DNA of 64,000 bases from an uncultured bacterium (GCA_966250015.1 CBINFS010000017.1:3142-67141), one strand, 5' to 3'; counted from the stretch's first letter, positions 27,454 to 38,820 are shown. A program made the numbers and translations. Notes: generated by a model not told the origin, from the letters alone.

Positions 27454-28326
27454 TCACACCGCTTTTCTGAGCCTGGCGCCGCCCCTCGACTCCACCGCGT
27501 GTTTTGCCACCAGCGTCAGAAGCGCCAGCAGCGTCAGCAGCGACGCCACCGCGAAGGACGCCGCGAACTGGTACTCGTTGTACAGAATCTCGACGTGAAG
27601 AGGCAGCGTGTTGGTGAGGCCCCGGATGTGGCCGGAAACGACAGATACGGCGCCAAACTCACCCATCGCCCGGGCATTGCAGAGAATCACCCCGTAAAGC
27701 AGGCCCCATTTGATGTTGGGCAACGTCACCTTCCAGAACATCTGCCAGGGCCGGGCTCCGAGGATGACGGCCGCCTCCTCTTCGTCGGTCCCCTGCTCCT
27801 GCATGAGCGGAATGAGCTCGCGGGCAACGAAGGGGAACGTCACGAAGACGGTCGCCAGAATGATTCCGGGTACGGCGAACACGATCTGAATGCCGAGTAC
27901 TTCCAGAATCGGGCTGAATAGTCCGCTGGCGCCGAAAAGCAGGACGAAAATGAGGCCGGCGATGACTGGCGACACTGTAAACGGCAGGTCGATGAAGGTC
28001 GTCAGGAGGCTTTTGCCCGTAAAATCGAACTTGGCGATGCACCATGCCGCCGTGACCCCGAAAACGGTGTTGAGCACGATCGACGCCACGGCCGTGATCA
28101 GCGTCAGGCGGATCGCCGCCAGTGCATCCGGCTCAGTGATGGCGGCGAAGTAGGTATCCAGCCCGCTCGCAAACGCCTGCGTGAAAACGGCCAGCAGGGG
28201 CACGAGCAAAAACAACCCCAGAAATCCTAGCGCACAGCCGATCAAAAGCCACCGAACCAGCCTTGATTCGGTGGTTGAGCTTTTGACCGGTATTGCTTCC
28301 GAGTGTTCAGCTATGCGAAGTAGCAT
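27454..28326 (-). CDS. cysW: Sulfate ABC permease CysW
   Basis: [38 protein letters not shown]. Confidence 0.95.
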   Translation of the reverse strand: MLLRIAEHSEAIPVKSSTTESRLVRWLLIGCALGFLGLFLLVPLLAVFTQAFASGLDTYFAAITEPDALAAIRLTLITAVASIVLNTVFGVTAAWCIAKFDFTGKSLLTTFIDLPFTVSPVIAGLIFVLLFGASGLFSPILEVLGIQIVFAVPGIILATVFVTFPFVARELIPLMQEQGTDEEEAAVILGARPWQMFWKVTLPNIKWGLLYGVILCNARAMGEFGAVSVVSGHIRGLTNTLPLHVEILYNEYQFAASFAVASLLTLLALLTLVAKHAVESRGGARLRKAV

Positions 28327-28360
28327 CAGTTCTCTGGTTAAGGGTACAAAATGACGCTAC

Positions 28361-29194
28361 TCACCGGTTGGTACGGCTGTCGCTCCATCGTTGCAGCACG
28401 TTGATGGCAAGCAGGATCACGAACGACATCACGAGCATCACGACCGCGATGGCCGTTGCCCCGGCGTAGTCGAACTGCTCCAGCTTGGTCATGATGAGAA
28501 GCGGAACGATCTCCGTTTTAAAGGGCATGTTGCCGGAGATGAACACGACCGAACCGTACTCACCCAGTGCCCGGGCAAAGGCCAGCGCAAAACCGGTCAG
28601 AAGCGGCGGGAAAATCGCCGGAAAGAGCACCTTCCGGAACGTCTGCCAGCGGTTCGCCCCCAGGCTCGCGGCTGCTTCCTCGACGTCCCGATCCAGCTCG
28701 ACCAGTACGGGCTGGACCATCCTGACGACGAACGGCAACCCGATGAAAATCAGGGTGATCGTGATGCCGAGGGGCGTGAAGACCGCCTTGATGCCGAGTG
28801 CTTCGAGGTACTGGCCGATCCACCCGTTTGGGGCGAGCACGGCGGTCAGGCTGATACCGGCCACTGCCGTGGGAAGCGCAAACGGCAGGTCCACCATCGC
28901 GTCGACCAAACGCTTGCCTGGAAAAGTGTAGCGAACGAGCACCCAGGCAACGAGCAACCCGAAAACGGCATTTACGAGCGCCGCAGCAAGAGAGGCCCCG
29001 AAGCTGAGCTTGTAAGCCGCCATCACCTGAGGGGCTGTGACGATGGCCCAGAACGACTCCAGACTCAGCGAAGCTGCCCTCATGAAGAGCGCGGCCATCG
29101 GGACGATCAACAGCAGGCTCAGGTAAAACACCGTGTAGCCCAGCGAAAGCCCAAATCCGGGTAAAACACTGTGGCTTTTCTGGACGAGTAGCAT
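28361..29194 (-). CDS. cysT: Sulfate ABC permease CysT/CysU
   Basis: VLPGFGLSLG, DLPFALPTAVAG, ARALGEYGSV. Confidence 0.95.
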   Translation of the reverse strand: MLLVQKSHSVLPGFGLSLGYTVFYLSLLLIVPMAALFMRAASLSLESFWAIVTAPQVMAAYKLSFGASLAAALVNAVFGLLVAWVLVRYTFPGKRLVDAMVDLPFALPTAVAGISLTAVLAPNGWIGQYLEALGIKAVFTPLGITITLIFIGLPFVVRMVQPVLVELDRDVEEAAASLGANRWQTFRKVLFPAIFPPLLTGFALAFARALGEYGSVVFISGNMPFKTEIVPLLIMTKLEQFDYAGATAIAVVMLVMSFVILLAINVLQRWSDSRTNR

Positions 29195-29235
29195 AAATCA
29201 CTCGAGAATTTGAGGTTATCAGGTCGGAAGACGCT

Positions 29236-30339
29236 TCACACACCTGGGCGGTATATCTGATCGAACGTGCCGCCGTCGTTGAAATGCAGCTCCTGGGCTT
29301 GCTTCCAGCCGCCAAACTCCTCGTCGATGGTGATGAGCTCAAGCTCGGGGAAACGCTTCATGTCAGCAGGGTCGGCGTATTCTGGAAACACAGGGCGATA
29401 AAAATGCTTCGCCACGATCGCCTGACCCTTCGGCGAGTAGAGAAACTCCAGATAGGCCTCCGCGACGGTCCGTGTGCCATGTTTCTCCACATTTTTGTCG
29501 ATCACGGTGACCGGCGGCTCGGCGAGAATGCTCATCGACGGCACGATGATGTCGAACTTGTCCGGCCCGAGCTCTTCGACGGCGAGGAAGGCTTCGTTTT
29601 CCCACGCCAGGAGCACGTCGCCGATCTCGCGCTGGACGAACGTGTTGGTGGAGCCACGGGCGCCCGAGTCCAGCACGGGTACGTTCCTGAAGAGCCTGGT
29701 CACGAAATCACGGGCGGCCTCTTCCGTGCCATATTTGCGTTTCGCGTACGCCCACGCGGCGAGGTAATTCCAGCGCGCACCGCCGGACGTTTTCGGATTC
29801 GGTGTAATGACTTGAATACCCGGCCGGACCAGGTCGTCCCAATCCCTGATGTTTTCCGGATTGCCTTTACGCACCAGGAAGACGATGGTGGACGTATAGG
29901 GCGAGCTGTTGTGGGACAGCCGTTTCTGCCAGTCTGCAGGGATGAGGTTGGCGGTCTCGTGCATCATGTCGATGTCGTAGGCGAGCGCCAGCGTCACCAC
30001 GTCCGCCTCGAGACCGTCGATCACGGCACGTGCCTGCTTACCCGCGCCGCCGTGCGACATATTGATGTTTACCGTTTGCCCCGTCTCGGCTTTCCAGTGC
30101 TCGGCAAAGGCCTGGTTGAATTCGACGTAGAGCTCGCGTGTGGGGTCGTACGACACGTTGAGCAGCTCGACGGGAGCCTGTGCATTCGGCTCCGACGCCT
30201 GGTTGGCCTGCCCCCCGGTGCAACCGGTAAATACAAGGAGTAACAGCGCAAAAAATGAGCTGGCCGCCAGGATTCGGATGATCGATTTGAATGAGGTATT
30301 CATGGGATGACTCGACATATTCAGTTTGATTGGCTTCAT
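29236..30339 (-). CDS. sbp: Sulfate-binding lipoprotein (true start probably an internal Met)
   Basis: [36 protein letters not shown]; lipobox FTGC. Confidence 0.95.
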   Translation of the reverse strand: MKPIKLNMSSHPMNTSFKSIIRILAASSFFALLLLVFTGCTGGQANQASEPNAQAPVELLNVSYDPTRELYVEFNQAFAEHWKAETGQTVNINMSHGGAGKQARAVIDGLEADVVTLALAYDIDMMHETANLIPADWQKRLSHNSSPYTSTIVFLVRKGNPENIRDWDDLVRPGIQVITPNPKTSGGARWNYLAAWAYAKRKYGTEEAARDFVTRLFRNVPVLDSGARGSTNTFVQREIGDVLLAWENEAFLAVEELGPDKFDIIVPSMSILAEPPVTVIDKNVEKHGTRTVAEAYLEFLYSPKGQAIVAKHFYRPVFPEYADPADMKRFPELELITIDEEFGGWKQAQELHFNDGGTFDQIYRPGV

Positions 30340-30353
30340 GATGGGGTGTGGGT

Positions 30354-31700
30354 TTAGAACGCGATCTGGAAGCGGCTGAGCAGGACGTGTTCGGTGTCAC
30401 GCCGGTCGGCGCCTCCCGCGGCGTCGAAGCTGGTCTGCTCGTAGTTGAAGGACAGGCGGACGTTGCTGTTGACGTACCAGTTCAGCCCCAGCCCCCAGGT
30501 GAACGCTGAGCTGGCCGTGCGGGCAGGATCGGCAAAGGTGGGGAACGTGGCGCCGTCAACCTGGAGGCTGTGCACGCGGCCGACCACCTCGAACGCACCC
30601 CAGTTGCCATTCCCGTCGTACGGCGCACGCGGCTTCAGGCGTCCGTAAGTGGCATTCTCACCGGTGAGCACGATGGATCCCGCAACGTGCCAGGCGCGGT
30701 GGGAAAGGGCCGTCGAAGCGTCTCCCTTCTGCACCTCCTGGCGGGACACCGCATATTCACTCATCAAACCAACCGGGCCGTGGTAGAAGTACCCCTGTGG
30801 CACGATCCGCGTGTGTGTCCCAGCCGCCAGTGCAACCGACTCTCCACCCGCCAGATAACGGAAGAACGTCTGGCGTCCCGTCGTACGAAACGAGGGCAGA
30901 TCCGGGTTGGCGGCCGTCCCCTCGCGCGTTCCGGTCGTCACCGCAATACCAAGCCCGAGGCCTTTCAGGGGCAGGTCGGCGCCACGGAACGGCGTCGCGA
31001 AAACGCGGGCTACCACGTCTTTGCTGTTGTTCAGGTCGGCGTCGATGCTCGCCCCGTCCGCCGAACCGTTGAAGAACCCGAACTGATAGGCGAGCCGCCG
31101 ATTCAGGAGCTCTCCGTGGAGCTGGACGCCGACGTCACGGTTTGGCCCAAGGCTGACCGCATAGCTCTGCTCGATGAAAAGGGCGTCGGTGGGTGATTGA
31201 AGAAGCTCGAGACCGACAGGTACTTTGAACTTGCCCGCTCGCACACCGAAAAAGGGAAAGAACCGCGCATCGAGGTAAGCATCCTGAAGCTCCGCCCGAC
31301 CCATGCCAAAGTTGGGCATGATCCGGAAATCGAACCGCTTGAAAACGGTGCCCTGGAAGACGAGGCGCACGCGCCTCAGATAGAAGCTTTCGGACCCGGG
31401 CGCGAGATCGGCGTCGTTGAAGAAGCGCCCGTCGGCCTGCACGTCTCCCCGAAGCCGAAGCTGGAAGTCCTGGTCGGCGGACCGGATGTTGAACCCGTTT
31501 TCGTCGGCGGCTACGAGCACCGCCTCGGCAGGAGCAGTGGCCGGCTCAGTGGTGGCTGCGGCCGGTTGCACAACGCTGTCGGAAGACGTGGACTGCCGCG
31601 CAACGGCGATCTGGCTGGAATCGTTGACCTGCGCGAATACCAGACCTGGCAAAAGGGTAATTACAAAGAACAACAACGTAAAGCCTCTCTTCATCTTCAT
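30354..31700 (-). CDS. OprO/OprP-family anion-selective porin
   Basis: Signal peptide; [41 protein letters not shown]-terminal RFQIAF. Confidence 0.9.
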   Translation of the reverse strand: MKMKRGFTLLFFVITLLPGLVFAQVNDSSQIAVARQSTSSDSVVQPAAATTEPATAPAEAVLVAADENGFNIRSADQDFQLRLRGDVQADGRFFNDADLAPGSESFYLRRVRLVFQGTVFKRFDFRIMPNFGMGRAELQDAYLDARFFPFFGVRAGKFKVPVGLELLQSPTDALFIEQSYAVSLGPNRDVGVQLHGELLNRRLAYQFGFFNGSADGASIDADLNNSKDVVARVFATPFRGADLPLKGLGLGIAVTTGTREGTAANPDLPSFRTTGRQTFFRYLAGGESVALAAGTHTRIVPQGYFYHGPVGLMSEYAVSRQEVQKGDASTALSHRAWHVAGSIVLTGENATYGRLKPRAPYDGNGNWGAFEVVGRVHSLQVDGATFPTFADPARTASSAFTWGLGLNWYVNSNVRLSFNYEQTSFDAAGGADRRDTEHVLLSRFQIAF

Positions 31701-31912
31701 TCGCTGCTCTAATGGTGATAGGTGACTCAACGGGGCTTTACCATTTCTTCATTATTTTTATGCCAACCTTGTCTTCAAAATTGTAAAGGCGGGATCGATA
31801 AGGATTTAGGCGAAAAGCACCGGAGCGGGCAATCCAAAAATCCTATCAAATACGACAGTATTTCCGTTAGAATTGGACTTCCACGGTATTTGACAGTCCA
31901 ATCCTATCATAG

Positions 31913-33451
31913 ATGCAGCTCCTGCTGAACCTCTGGAGAGAAGCCTGCCGACACATCGAGCTCAACGAGTCCATCGTTCGCATGACGGAGCTCGTCAACC
32001 GACGAATCCCCGTAGACCTCGTTCTCATTCGCCGCATCAGTCTCGAAGAGTCGCTCGTCGAGACCATTGCCGTCGGTCAAGTCAATGGAGTGCCTGTACC
32101 CCGCCATTCACGTTTCGAATGCACCGAAGAAGACCGTGGACGTCTGACCGAATGGTTACGGAAGGGCCACATCCTGCTGTCAACGAACAGGGATCGAAGC
32201 CCTCTTCTGAAAGCCCTCGTTCCGGCAGACGTCCGCAGCATCATCATGGCGGGGCCAATGGTCACCGAATCCAATGCCTCCGGCGCCCTGGTGCTGATCC
32301 GAAAGTCATCCGAAGCCTTTACCGACGATGAGGCAGAGGCGATGGAAACGATACTCGAGCCCTTTACGGTGGCCTTCGAAAACCACCGACGTTTCCACGA
32401 GCTCGCACGCCTCCACGAGGCGGCGGAGGCGGAGCGGCGGGCGCTCCTGTCGCGTCTCAAGCGGAAAGAGATCGTCGAAGAGATTGTAGGGGCCGACGGA
32501 ACGCTGTACGACGTGATGCAAAAGGTCGATCAGGTGGCTCCAACGAATGCACCGGTCCTGATCCTGGGAGAAACGGGTACGGGAAAAGAGGTTATCGCCC
32601 GCGCCATCCACGCGCGATCCGCACGAAAAGACGGTCCTATCGTCAGGGTCAACTGTGGCGCCATTCCCTCGGAGCTCGTCGATTCGGAACTGTTCGGCCA
32701 CGAGAAGGGCAGCTTCACGGGCGCCGTAAACGAACGCAGGGGATGGTTCGAGCGCGCCGACGGGGGCACGCTTTTCCTCGACGAGATCGGCGAGCTGCCG
32801 CTGGCTGCACAGGTGCGGCTCCTGCGCGTCCTCCAGGACGGCACCTACGAGCGCGTCGGAGGCCAGCAAACGCGTACCGCTGACGTCCGCATCGTCGCCG
32901 CCACACACCGCGATATGGACCGCCTCGTCGCCAGCGGACAGTTCCGTGAGGACCTGTGGTATCGGATCAGCGTCTTCCCCATTTTTCTCCCACCTCTCCG
33001 GGCAAGGCGGGACGACCTGCCGGCGCTCGTCGCCCTATTCTCGCGGAATGCGGGGCTTCGAATGGGTGGGGCGCCACTCGCACCGACACCGGAACAGATG
33101 AAGATGCTCGAAGAGTATCCCTGGCCAGGAAACGTCCGCGAGCTGGCAGCGGTCATCGAACGGGCGGCAATCCTCGGGGGAGGACAAAGGCTCGACATCG
33201 CCGGCGCGATGAGCACAAAACTCCTGGCGCTCGCCGAACGGACCGGCGAACCGCCCGTCAGCTCCGATCACATGCCCATCGAAACCATCGATGAGGTCAT
33301 GAAGAAGCACATCGAGCGGGCGCTCAAACAAACGAAAGGCCGTGTTGAAGGCCCATTCGGTGCAGCAAAGCTGCTCGGCATCAACGCCAACACGCTCCGC
33401 GGGCGCATGAGGAGTCTCGGCATCGACTGGCGAGCGTTCAAGTCGGAATGA
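31913..33451 (+). CDS. Sigma54-dependent enhancer-binding protein (GAF-like + AAA+ + HTH; FhlA-like)
   Basis: GETGTGKE, ELFGHEKGSFTGA, LFLDEIGE, WPGNVREL, GAAKLLGINANTLRGRM. Confidence 0.95.
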   Translation: MQLLLNLWREACRHIELNESIVRMTELVNRRIPVDLVLIRRISLEESLVETIAVGQVNGVPVPRHSRFECTEEDRGRLTEWLRKGHILLSTNRDRSPLLKALVPADVRSIIMAGPMVTESNASGALVLIRKSSEAFTDDEAEAMETILEPFTVAFENHRRFHELARLHEAAEAERRALLSRLKRKEIVEEIVGADGTLYDVMQKVDQVAPTNAPVLILGETGTGKEVIARAIHARSARKDGPIVRVNCGAIPSELVDSELFGHEKGSFTGAVNERRGWFERADGGTLFLDEIGELPLAAQVRLLRVLQDGTYERVGGQQTRTADVRIVAATHRDMDRLVASGQFREDLWYRISVFPIFLPPLRARRDDLPALVALFSRNAGLRMGGAPLAPTPEQMKMLEEYPWPGNVRELAAVIERAAILGGGQRLDIAGAMSTKLLALAERTGEPPVSSDHMPIETIDEVMKKHIERALKQTKGRVEGPFGAAKLLGINANTLRGRMRSLGIDWRAFKSE

Positions 33452-33459
33452 CCTGCCAG

Positions 33460-33795
33460 CTATTCGAGGTTAGATATCTCGACGATCTCAGCCGGCGTAC
33501 CCCATTGCTGAATGGTCGCGACGTCCTCCCGAACCTGGACCCGAAAAGCGACGCGGAGACCGTCCTGCTTGAAGGCTTCCGGCAGGTTCAGCGGGTTGTA
33601 CTTCGTCCCGTCGTCGGCTTCGATCCCGTAAAAACCGCCTTCGAGGTTGATGAATCGAACGGTCCCGTGCATGGCGTCGTCGCTTTCCGTCAGCGTGTTT
33701 TCACTCTCCGTCAAAGAGTTTTCGGAAGCCTGGCAGGAAACCAGCAGGAGAGGCAACAGGAGAACCAGGCTGATGAAGTATAAACGAGTATTCAT
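33460..33795 (-). CDS. Small lipoprotein
   Basis: Lipobox LVSC; GTVRFINLEGGFYGI...YNPLNLP; overlaps the mnmA stop. Confidence 0.8.
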   Translation of the reverse strand: MNTRLYFISLVLLLPLLLVSCQASENSLTESENTLTESDDAMHGTVRFINLEGGFYGIEADDGTKYNPLNLPEAFKQDGLRVAFRVQVREDVATIQQWGTPAEIVEISNLE

Positions 33796-34949
33796 TGCAG
33801 GATGCCGATGTCGTAGAGGTCAACGGGTGTATTGTACGCGACGTCCCCCGCTGCGTGGATCCAGCCGCCCGCAAGCACGTCTTCGCCTTCGTAAAGCACA
33901 ATCGACTGCCCCGGTGTGATCGCGCGACGAGGCCGATTGAAAACGACGCGGATCTCGTCGGGCCCAACCTGCCAGGCCAGCCCCTCCTGGCCGTCGTCCT
34001 TGTAGCGGATCTTACCGGTCACCGGCCGCTCTTCGCCCAGATGGTCGTACTTGATCAGATTGATCTGCCGTGCGACGAGCGCGTGCTGCAACAGCTCTTC
34101 CTCCGGACCAACGGTAATGGTATTGGTATCCGGATCGATCGCGGTGACGTACGTGGGGTACCCTAATGCAAGGCCGAGACCTCGCCGCTGCCCTATCGTG
34201 TAGAATGGATATCCTTCGTGCCGCCCGACGACGGTCCCGTCCTTCAGTACGAACGGGCCTCCCGACACCTTTTCCTCGAGCCCTTCTACCCGATCTCTCA
34301 GGAAACGGCGGTAGTCATTGTCGGGGATGAAACAGATCTCGTATGAATCCGGCTTGTTCGCCACCCGGTGCAGCCCCAGGTCGGCGGCAAGCTGCCGAAT
34401 CTCGGGCTTTTCGTACGTCCCGAGCGGGAAAATCGAGCGGGCGAGGTGCTCCTGAGGCAGCCCCCAGAGCGCATAGCTCTGGTCCTTGTGATGATCCTTC
34501 CCCTTCTGAAGCACGATCCGCCCCGTCGTCTCGTCGCGATAGGTCCGTGCGTAATGACCGGTCGCGATGTACTCGCAGTCGAGCTGATCGGCACGGCGAA
34601 GCAAGGCAGCCCACTTGATGTGCGTGTTGCACAGCACGCACGGATTCGGGGTCCTACCCGCCAGATACTCGCCGGTAAACCGCTCGATGACCCAGTCGCC
34701 GAACTCCTCGCGAATGTCGACGATGAAGTGGGGAAAGTCGTACTTCAGGGCAACGGCGCGGGCGTCGTTCATCGAATCGAGCGAGCAGCAGCCCACTTCC
34801 TTTCCGTTCCGTCCGCCGCTCGACGTGTAGTCCCACGTCTTCATCGTGATGCCGACCACTTCGTATCCGGCTTCTTTCAGGAGCACTGCCGATACGGAAG
34901 AATCGACACCACCACTCATCGCGACCAGAACACGCCCTCTCTTGCTCAT
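33792..34949 (-). CDS. mnmA: tRNA 2-thiouridylase
   Basis: AMSGGVDSSV, TPNPCVLCN, ATGHY, KDQSY, ICF, YTIGQRRGL, TPGQ. Confidence 0.97.
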   Translation of the reverse strand: MSKRGRVLVAMSGGVDSSVSAVLLKEAGYEVVGITMKTWDYTSSGGRNGKEVGCCSLDSMNDARAVALKYDFPHFIVDIREEFGDWVIERFTGEYLAGRTPNPCVLCNTHIKWAALLRRADQLDCEYIATGHYARTYRDETTGRIVLQKGKDHHKDQSYALWGLPQEHLARSIFPLGTYEKPEIRQLAADLGLHRVANKPDSYEICFIPDNDYRRFLRDRVEGLEEKVSGGPFVLKDGTVVGRHEGYPFYTIGQRRGLGLALGYPTYVTAIDPDTNTITVGPEEELLQHALVARQINLIKYDHLGEERPVTGKIRYKDDGQEGLAWQVGPDEIRVVFNRPRRAITPGQSIVLYEGEDVLAGGWIHAAGDVAYNTPVDLYDIGILQ

Positions 34950-35026
34950 CTCGTCCGGTTAAAATTCTTCAATCCCTTCGACTGCGTGTTCAACCGGCCG
35001 GCTGAGCCGTCGTTCCTCTGACGGGT

Positions 35027-35839
35027 TCAGAGCAGGTGTTTGATCCGCCCGCCGTCTACCGGGAGGGCGATGCCGGTGATGTAGCTGGCGCGGGCGCTGA
35101 CGAGGAATGCCGCCGCGGCGGCAAACTCGGACGGCTCGCCGATCCGCTTGAGGGCGTTCTGCTCGGCCCAGCCTGCCTCCACCTCCTCGATCGACTGCCC
35201 GGTCCGTGCCTGTATCGACTGGCCGAGGTTCTTCATCCGGTCGGTCCTCGTGTAACCCGGGAGGATCGTGTTGACGGTGATCCCTTCCGGGCCCAGCTCC
35301 TCGGAAAGGCTCTTCGCAAATCCCTGTACTCCCGCTCGGGACACGTTGGAGAGGTACAGGTTCGGTATCGGTTGTTTCGCCGAAACCGACGTAATCATGA
35401 GGATTCGGGCGTGCCCCTGCTCTTTCGCGGCTTTCCGGAGGTGCGGCAGAGCGTGGCGGCAGAGGTTGATGGTGCTCATCAGGTTGAGCTCGAGCGCATC
35501 CCGCCAGTCCTTCGCGTCGAAATCGTCGACGAACCCCGACGGCGGCCCGCCGGCGTTCGTCACGAGGATGTTCAGACCGCCAAACTCGCCCACCGTCTTT
35601 CGGACGGCTGCCTCGATCTGATCTTCGTGCGTGACGTCGCAGACGACCGGCAGGACGTTCCGAGCATCCGCTCCGGTTTCCTTGCGAATGGCTTCGGCAG
35701 CAGCGTTGACGCGTTCGTCGTAGCGGGAGCAGATCGTAACTTTGCACCCTTCCTTCACAAGCTCACTTGCAACGGCATAGCCAAGTCCACTGCTCGCCCC
35801 GGTAACCAGGGCCACCCGTCCGCTTAATCCAAGATCCAT
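35027..35839 (-). CDS. Short-chain dehydrogenase/reductase
   Basis: TGASSGLG, TNAGGPP, LSNVSR (atypical YxxxK position), VDGG. Confidence 0.9.
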   Translation of the reverse strand: MDLGLSGRVALVTGASSGLGYAVASELVKEGCKVTICSRYDERVNAAAEAIRKETGADARNVLPVVCDVTHEDQIEAAVRKTVGEFGGLNILVTNAGGPPSGFVDDFDAKDWRDALELNLMSTINLCRHALPHLRKAAKEQGHARILMITSVSAKQPIPNLYLSNVSRAGVQGFAKSLSEELGPEGITVNTILPGYTRTDRMKNLGQSIQARTGQSIEEVEAGWAEQNALKRIGEPSEFAAAAAFLVSARASYITGIALPVDGGRIKHLL

Positions 35840-35931
35840 GGTCGTAACGTTTAATCTTTGTCCAATTTTCGCTTGAGTTTGAACCGTTCGCGGGCGCAAG
35901 TTACGGCACCGTACCTAACTGAATCCGACCC

Positions 35932-36336
35932 ATGACCCGCAACAAATCGATTTCCACCCCGCGCTCACCCATCAAAACCCCCTCGGCGCCCGCCGCGATT
36001 GGCCCCTACAGCCAGGCCATAATCGTCGGTGACACGCTGTACTGTTCGGGACAGGTCGCAATTGATCCCAAAACGGGCAGCCTCATCCAGGGCACCGTCG
36101 ACGCCGAAACCGAGCAGGTGCTCGAAAACCTGGGAGCCGTCCTGCGTGCGGCAGGGATGGGTTACGAACACGTCGTCCGCTGTACCGTCTTCCTGACCGA
36201 CATGAACGACTACGCGGCGGTCAACGAAGTATACGCACGGTACTTCAGTGATGCCGCGCCCGCTCGTGAGGCGATCCAGGTAAGCGGATTGCCCCGCAAC
36301 GCACGCGTCGAGATTTCCTGTATCGCCGTACGCTGA
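35932..36336 (+). CDS. ridA: RidA family imine deaminase
   Basis: APAAIGPYSQA, SGQ, NEVYARYF, PAR, LP..VEI. Confidence 0.93.
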   Translation: MTRNKSISTPRSPIKTPSAPAAIGPYSQAIIVGDTLYCSGQVAIDPKTGSLIQGTVDAETEQVLENLGAVLRAAGMGYEHVVRCTVFLTDMNDYAAVNEVYARYFSDAAPAREAIQVSGLPRNARVEISCIAVR

Positions 36337-36353
36337 ATCCCGGCCGCTTCTTT

Positions 36354-36893
36354 TCAGATCGCCTCGAAGGTTATCCTGAACGATACGTGGACGAGGAAGA
36401 CGACGTCGTCCGACGCCGGGCCGGCCGCATTTAGCGTGAGCCTTCCCCTGAATGACGACGCGGCCAGGTACGAACCCACGTCGCTGCCGGTAACCGACTG
36501 CAACGATTTCCGGAAGTTGGCCGGCATGCTGTTGTCGCTGGCGACCTGAACCGGGTTCAGGCCGGACGCGGTAAGCGCAACCGACGCACTACTCACGAGC
36601 GGTTGCAGGTTCGTGCCGGGGGGCGAGAGCAATTCCAGCTCGACCTCGGTGATGTTCGCCGAAAAGATCTCGCCCTTCGAGAACCCTTGCAGCCGGCCCT
36701 CCAGGTCGATCGAGTTGGACGACTGAACGGTAAGCTCCTCGCCCGCCTCGAAAGCCGACTGGTCGATTTCGAACCGGAGCGTCACGTCGTGGTCCAAAAC
36801 GGGCCGGGTTCCGGGTTCCTCGATGGTGTCACACCCGGAGACGAAGACGACAATCAACAAAAGGGTTAGTACGACCGTAACAAGCTGCTTCAC
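36354..36893 (-). CDS. Hypothetical beta-rich lipoprotein
   Basis: GTG start at 36893 gives a signal peptide with lipobox VSGC. Confidence 0.75.
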   Translation of the reverse strand: MKQLVTVVLTLLLIVVFVSGCDTIEEPGTRPVLDHDVTLRFEIDQSAFEAGEELTVQSSNSIDLEGRLQGFSKGEIFSANITEVELELLSPPGTNLQPLVSSASVALTASGLNPVQVASDNSMPANFRKSLQSVTGSDVGSYLAASSFRGRLTLNAAGPASDDVVFLVHVSFRITFEAI

Positions 36894-36948
36894 GCTACAT
36901 ACCCTCGTTTTGGTGTGGTGCGCAAAAAACGTCGGAAATCGCTCCGGT

Positions 36949-37476
36949 TCAAACGTGGAGAACGGTATGAACGAAGAGGTCTTCCGGGAGTCTGCCACGT
37001 CCATTCAGAAAATCCAGTTCCAGCAGGAAGGCACATCCGACGACTTTTGCCCGAGCGTTGGAGGCGAGCTGGTAGGTAGCCATGGCCGTGCCGCCCGTCG
37101 CAATGACGTCGTCGTGGATGAGCACGCGATCGCCGCCACTGAGGGCGTCGACGTGCATTTCGATCGTGTCGGTGCCGTATTCGAGTGCGTACTCCGCACT
37201 CACCGTCTTGTAGGGAAGTTTGCCCTTTTTGCGGACCGGTACGAAACCGGCCTCCAGGCGAGCAGCGAGCAGGCTCCCGAGGATAAATCCACGGGCCTCG
37301 ATACCGATTACCTTCGTGACGCCGCTTCCAAGAAAGGGCTCGGCGAGGGCTTCGACCGCCTGCTTCAAAAGGCGATTATCGGCCAGCACCGGGGTGATGT
37401 CCTTGAACTGGATGCCGGGCTTCGGGAAGTCCGGCACATTTCGAATGGCGCGTTCGAGTTCCTTGATATCAATCAT
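36949..37476 (-). CDS. apt: Adenine phosphoribosyltransferase
   Basis: PDFPKPGIQFKDIT, EARGF, RKKGKLP, LEYG, DDVIATGGT. Confidence 0.97.
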   Translation of the reverse strand: MIDIKELERAIRNVPDFPKPGIQFKDITPVLADNRLLKQAVEALAEPFLGSGVTKVIGIEARGFILGSLLAARLEAGFVPVRKKGKLPYKTVSAEYALEYGTDTIEMHVDALSGGDRVLIHDDVIATGGTAMATYQLASNARAKVVGCAFLLELDFLNGRGRLPEDLFVHTVLHV

Positions 37477-37596
37477 GAGTAAGCAAAATCAAAAGAGGGC
37501 GAGATCCGGCATCACTCCACCTCGCTGGATCCCCGGAACGTCGAAATTAATGCCGAACGCAGAGATTGGAAAGCCGGAAGAAGCCCGAGCGCCCCT

Positions 37597-38820
37597 TTAG
37601 TTTTGACCGGCGGTCAGATGAAGGTCCCGCTCGTACTGCTCCTTGAACGCCTTGACGGCCTGAAAAATGGCCTGCGCCAGGTTTGCCTGTCCCTCCTTGC
37701 TTTTCAGATACGCTCCTTCGCGGGCATTCGTTACGAAGCCCAGCTCGACCAGCACCGCCGGCATCGACGCGCTCCAGAGCACGTAGAATCCGGCCTGCTT
37801 CACCCCTCGGCTCTGGCGCGAGAGGCTTTTCTCGAATACGTCTTCGATGAGTCCGGCTAATTGTTCGCTCTTGCGCATGTAGGCGCTGTTGGCAAGCGTC
37901 TGGAGGACCAGGTTTTGCTCGTCGTATTCGCGGTACTGGTCGGGATCGTCCTCATAGCGGACGACGCTGTTTTCACGCTCCATGACGGCCCGGGCGGCCT
38001 CCGTTTTGTGCATGCCGAGGAAAAAGGTCTCCGTACCGCTGGCCGATCGATTCCGGGCTGCATTGGCGTGAATCGATATGAAGAGCTTGCCCCCGGCCCG
38101 GTTCGCGATCCGTCCCCGCTCTTTCAGCTCGATGAAACGGTCGTCCTTCCGCGTGTAGACGACCCGGATGCCGAGGTTTTCTTCGATCAACCGCCCTACC
38201 TGAAGCGCCACCGCGAGGGTGACGTCCTTCTCCCTCACGCCATTCGCAACCGCGCCGAAGTCCTTCCCTCCGTGCCCCGCGTCGATCACGATGGTGTCCA
38301 GCTTCCACCGATCCCGCGCGTCACGCGACGGGCCCGACGCACCCGTCTCGCCCCCCGCACGCGCCACCGCCACCGGCGGCGCAGCGTCGGGGACCGAGAT
38401 CGATAGCAACAGGTCGTCCGATTCCCGGTCCCGGTAAACCGTAGCTTCCGGCGACCGTATCGATTCCGGAATCCGGAACTGTAGAGACAGATGCCCGCCT
38501 TTCCTCACGACTTCGTAGGCTTCAACAGGTGACGACGGCTCGTCTTTCTGAAAGGATGGGGACAGCGAAGTGTTGAAAACGATCACCTCGATCAGCCCGG
38601 GCTCGATGAGGCGTGGCGAGGCAAAAGCGCTGATCGGGCCATCCGTATGAAACCGAATCACGAGCGCTTCCCCATTCGATGACGACCAGAACGACACCCG
38701 CTCGAGGCGGGGCTCCGCCTCGACAGAAGACCACACCAGGTTTAGCGCCAAAAATAAACCAGCAGCGACCCGGAATCGGTTCTTCATCCAATAAGGTCCC
38801 GTCGTATCTAATTTGACCAT
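37597..38820 (-). CDS. N-acetylmuramoyl-L-alanine amidase (Amidase_3) with AMIN-like N-domain
   Basis: IDAGHGGKD, EK, ISIHAN, ERENS, MPAVLVELGF. Confidence 0.93.
   Translation of the reverse strand: MVKLDTTGPYWMKNRFRVAAGLFLALNLVWSSVEAEPRLERVSFWSSSNGEALVIRFHTDGPISAFASPRLIEPGLIEVIVFNTSLSPSFQKDEPSSPVEAYEVVRKGGHLSLQFRIPESIRSPEATVYRDRESDDLLLSISVPDAAPPVAVARAGGETGASGPSRDARDRWKLDTIVIDAGHGGKDFGAVANGVREKDVTLAVALQVGRLIEENLGIRVVYTRKDDRFIELKERGRIANRAGGKLFISIHANAARNRSASGTETFFLGMHKTEAARAVMERENSVVRYEDDPDQYREYDEQNLVLQTLANSAYMRKSEQLAGLIEDVFEKSLSRQSRGVKQAGFYVLWSASMPAVLVELGFVTNAREGAYLKSKEGQANLAQAIFQAVKAFKEQYERDLHLTAGQN

Noticed and set aside
31745-31766. Confident sigma54 -24/-12 promoter for the porin
   Set aside because: TTGGCA is present but the -12 position reads AT rather than GC, so it is mentioned only as a weak candidate
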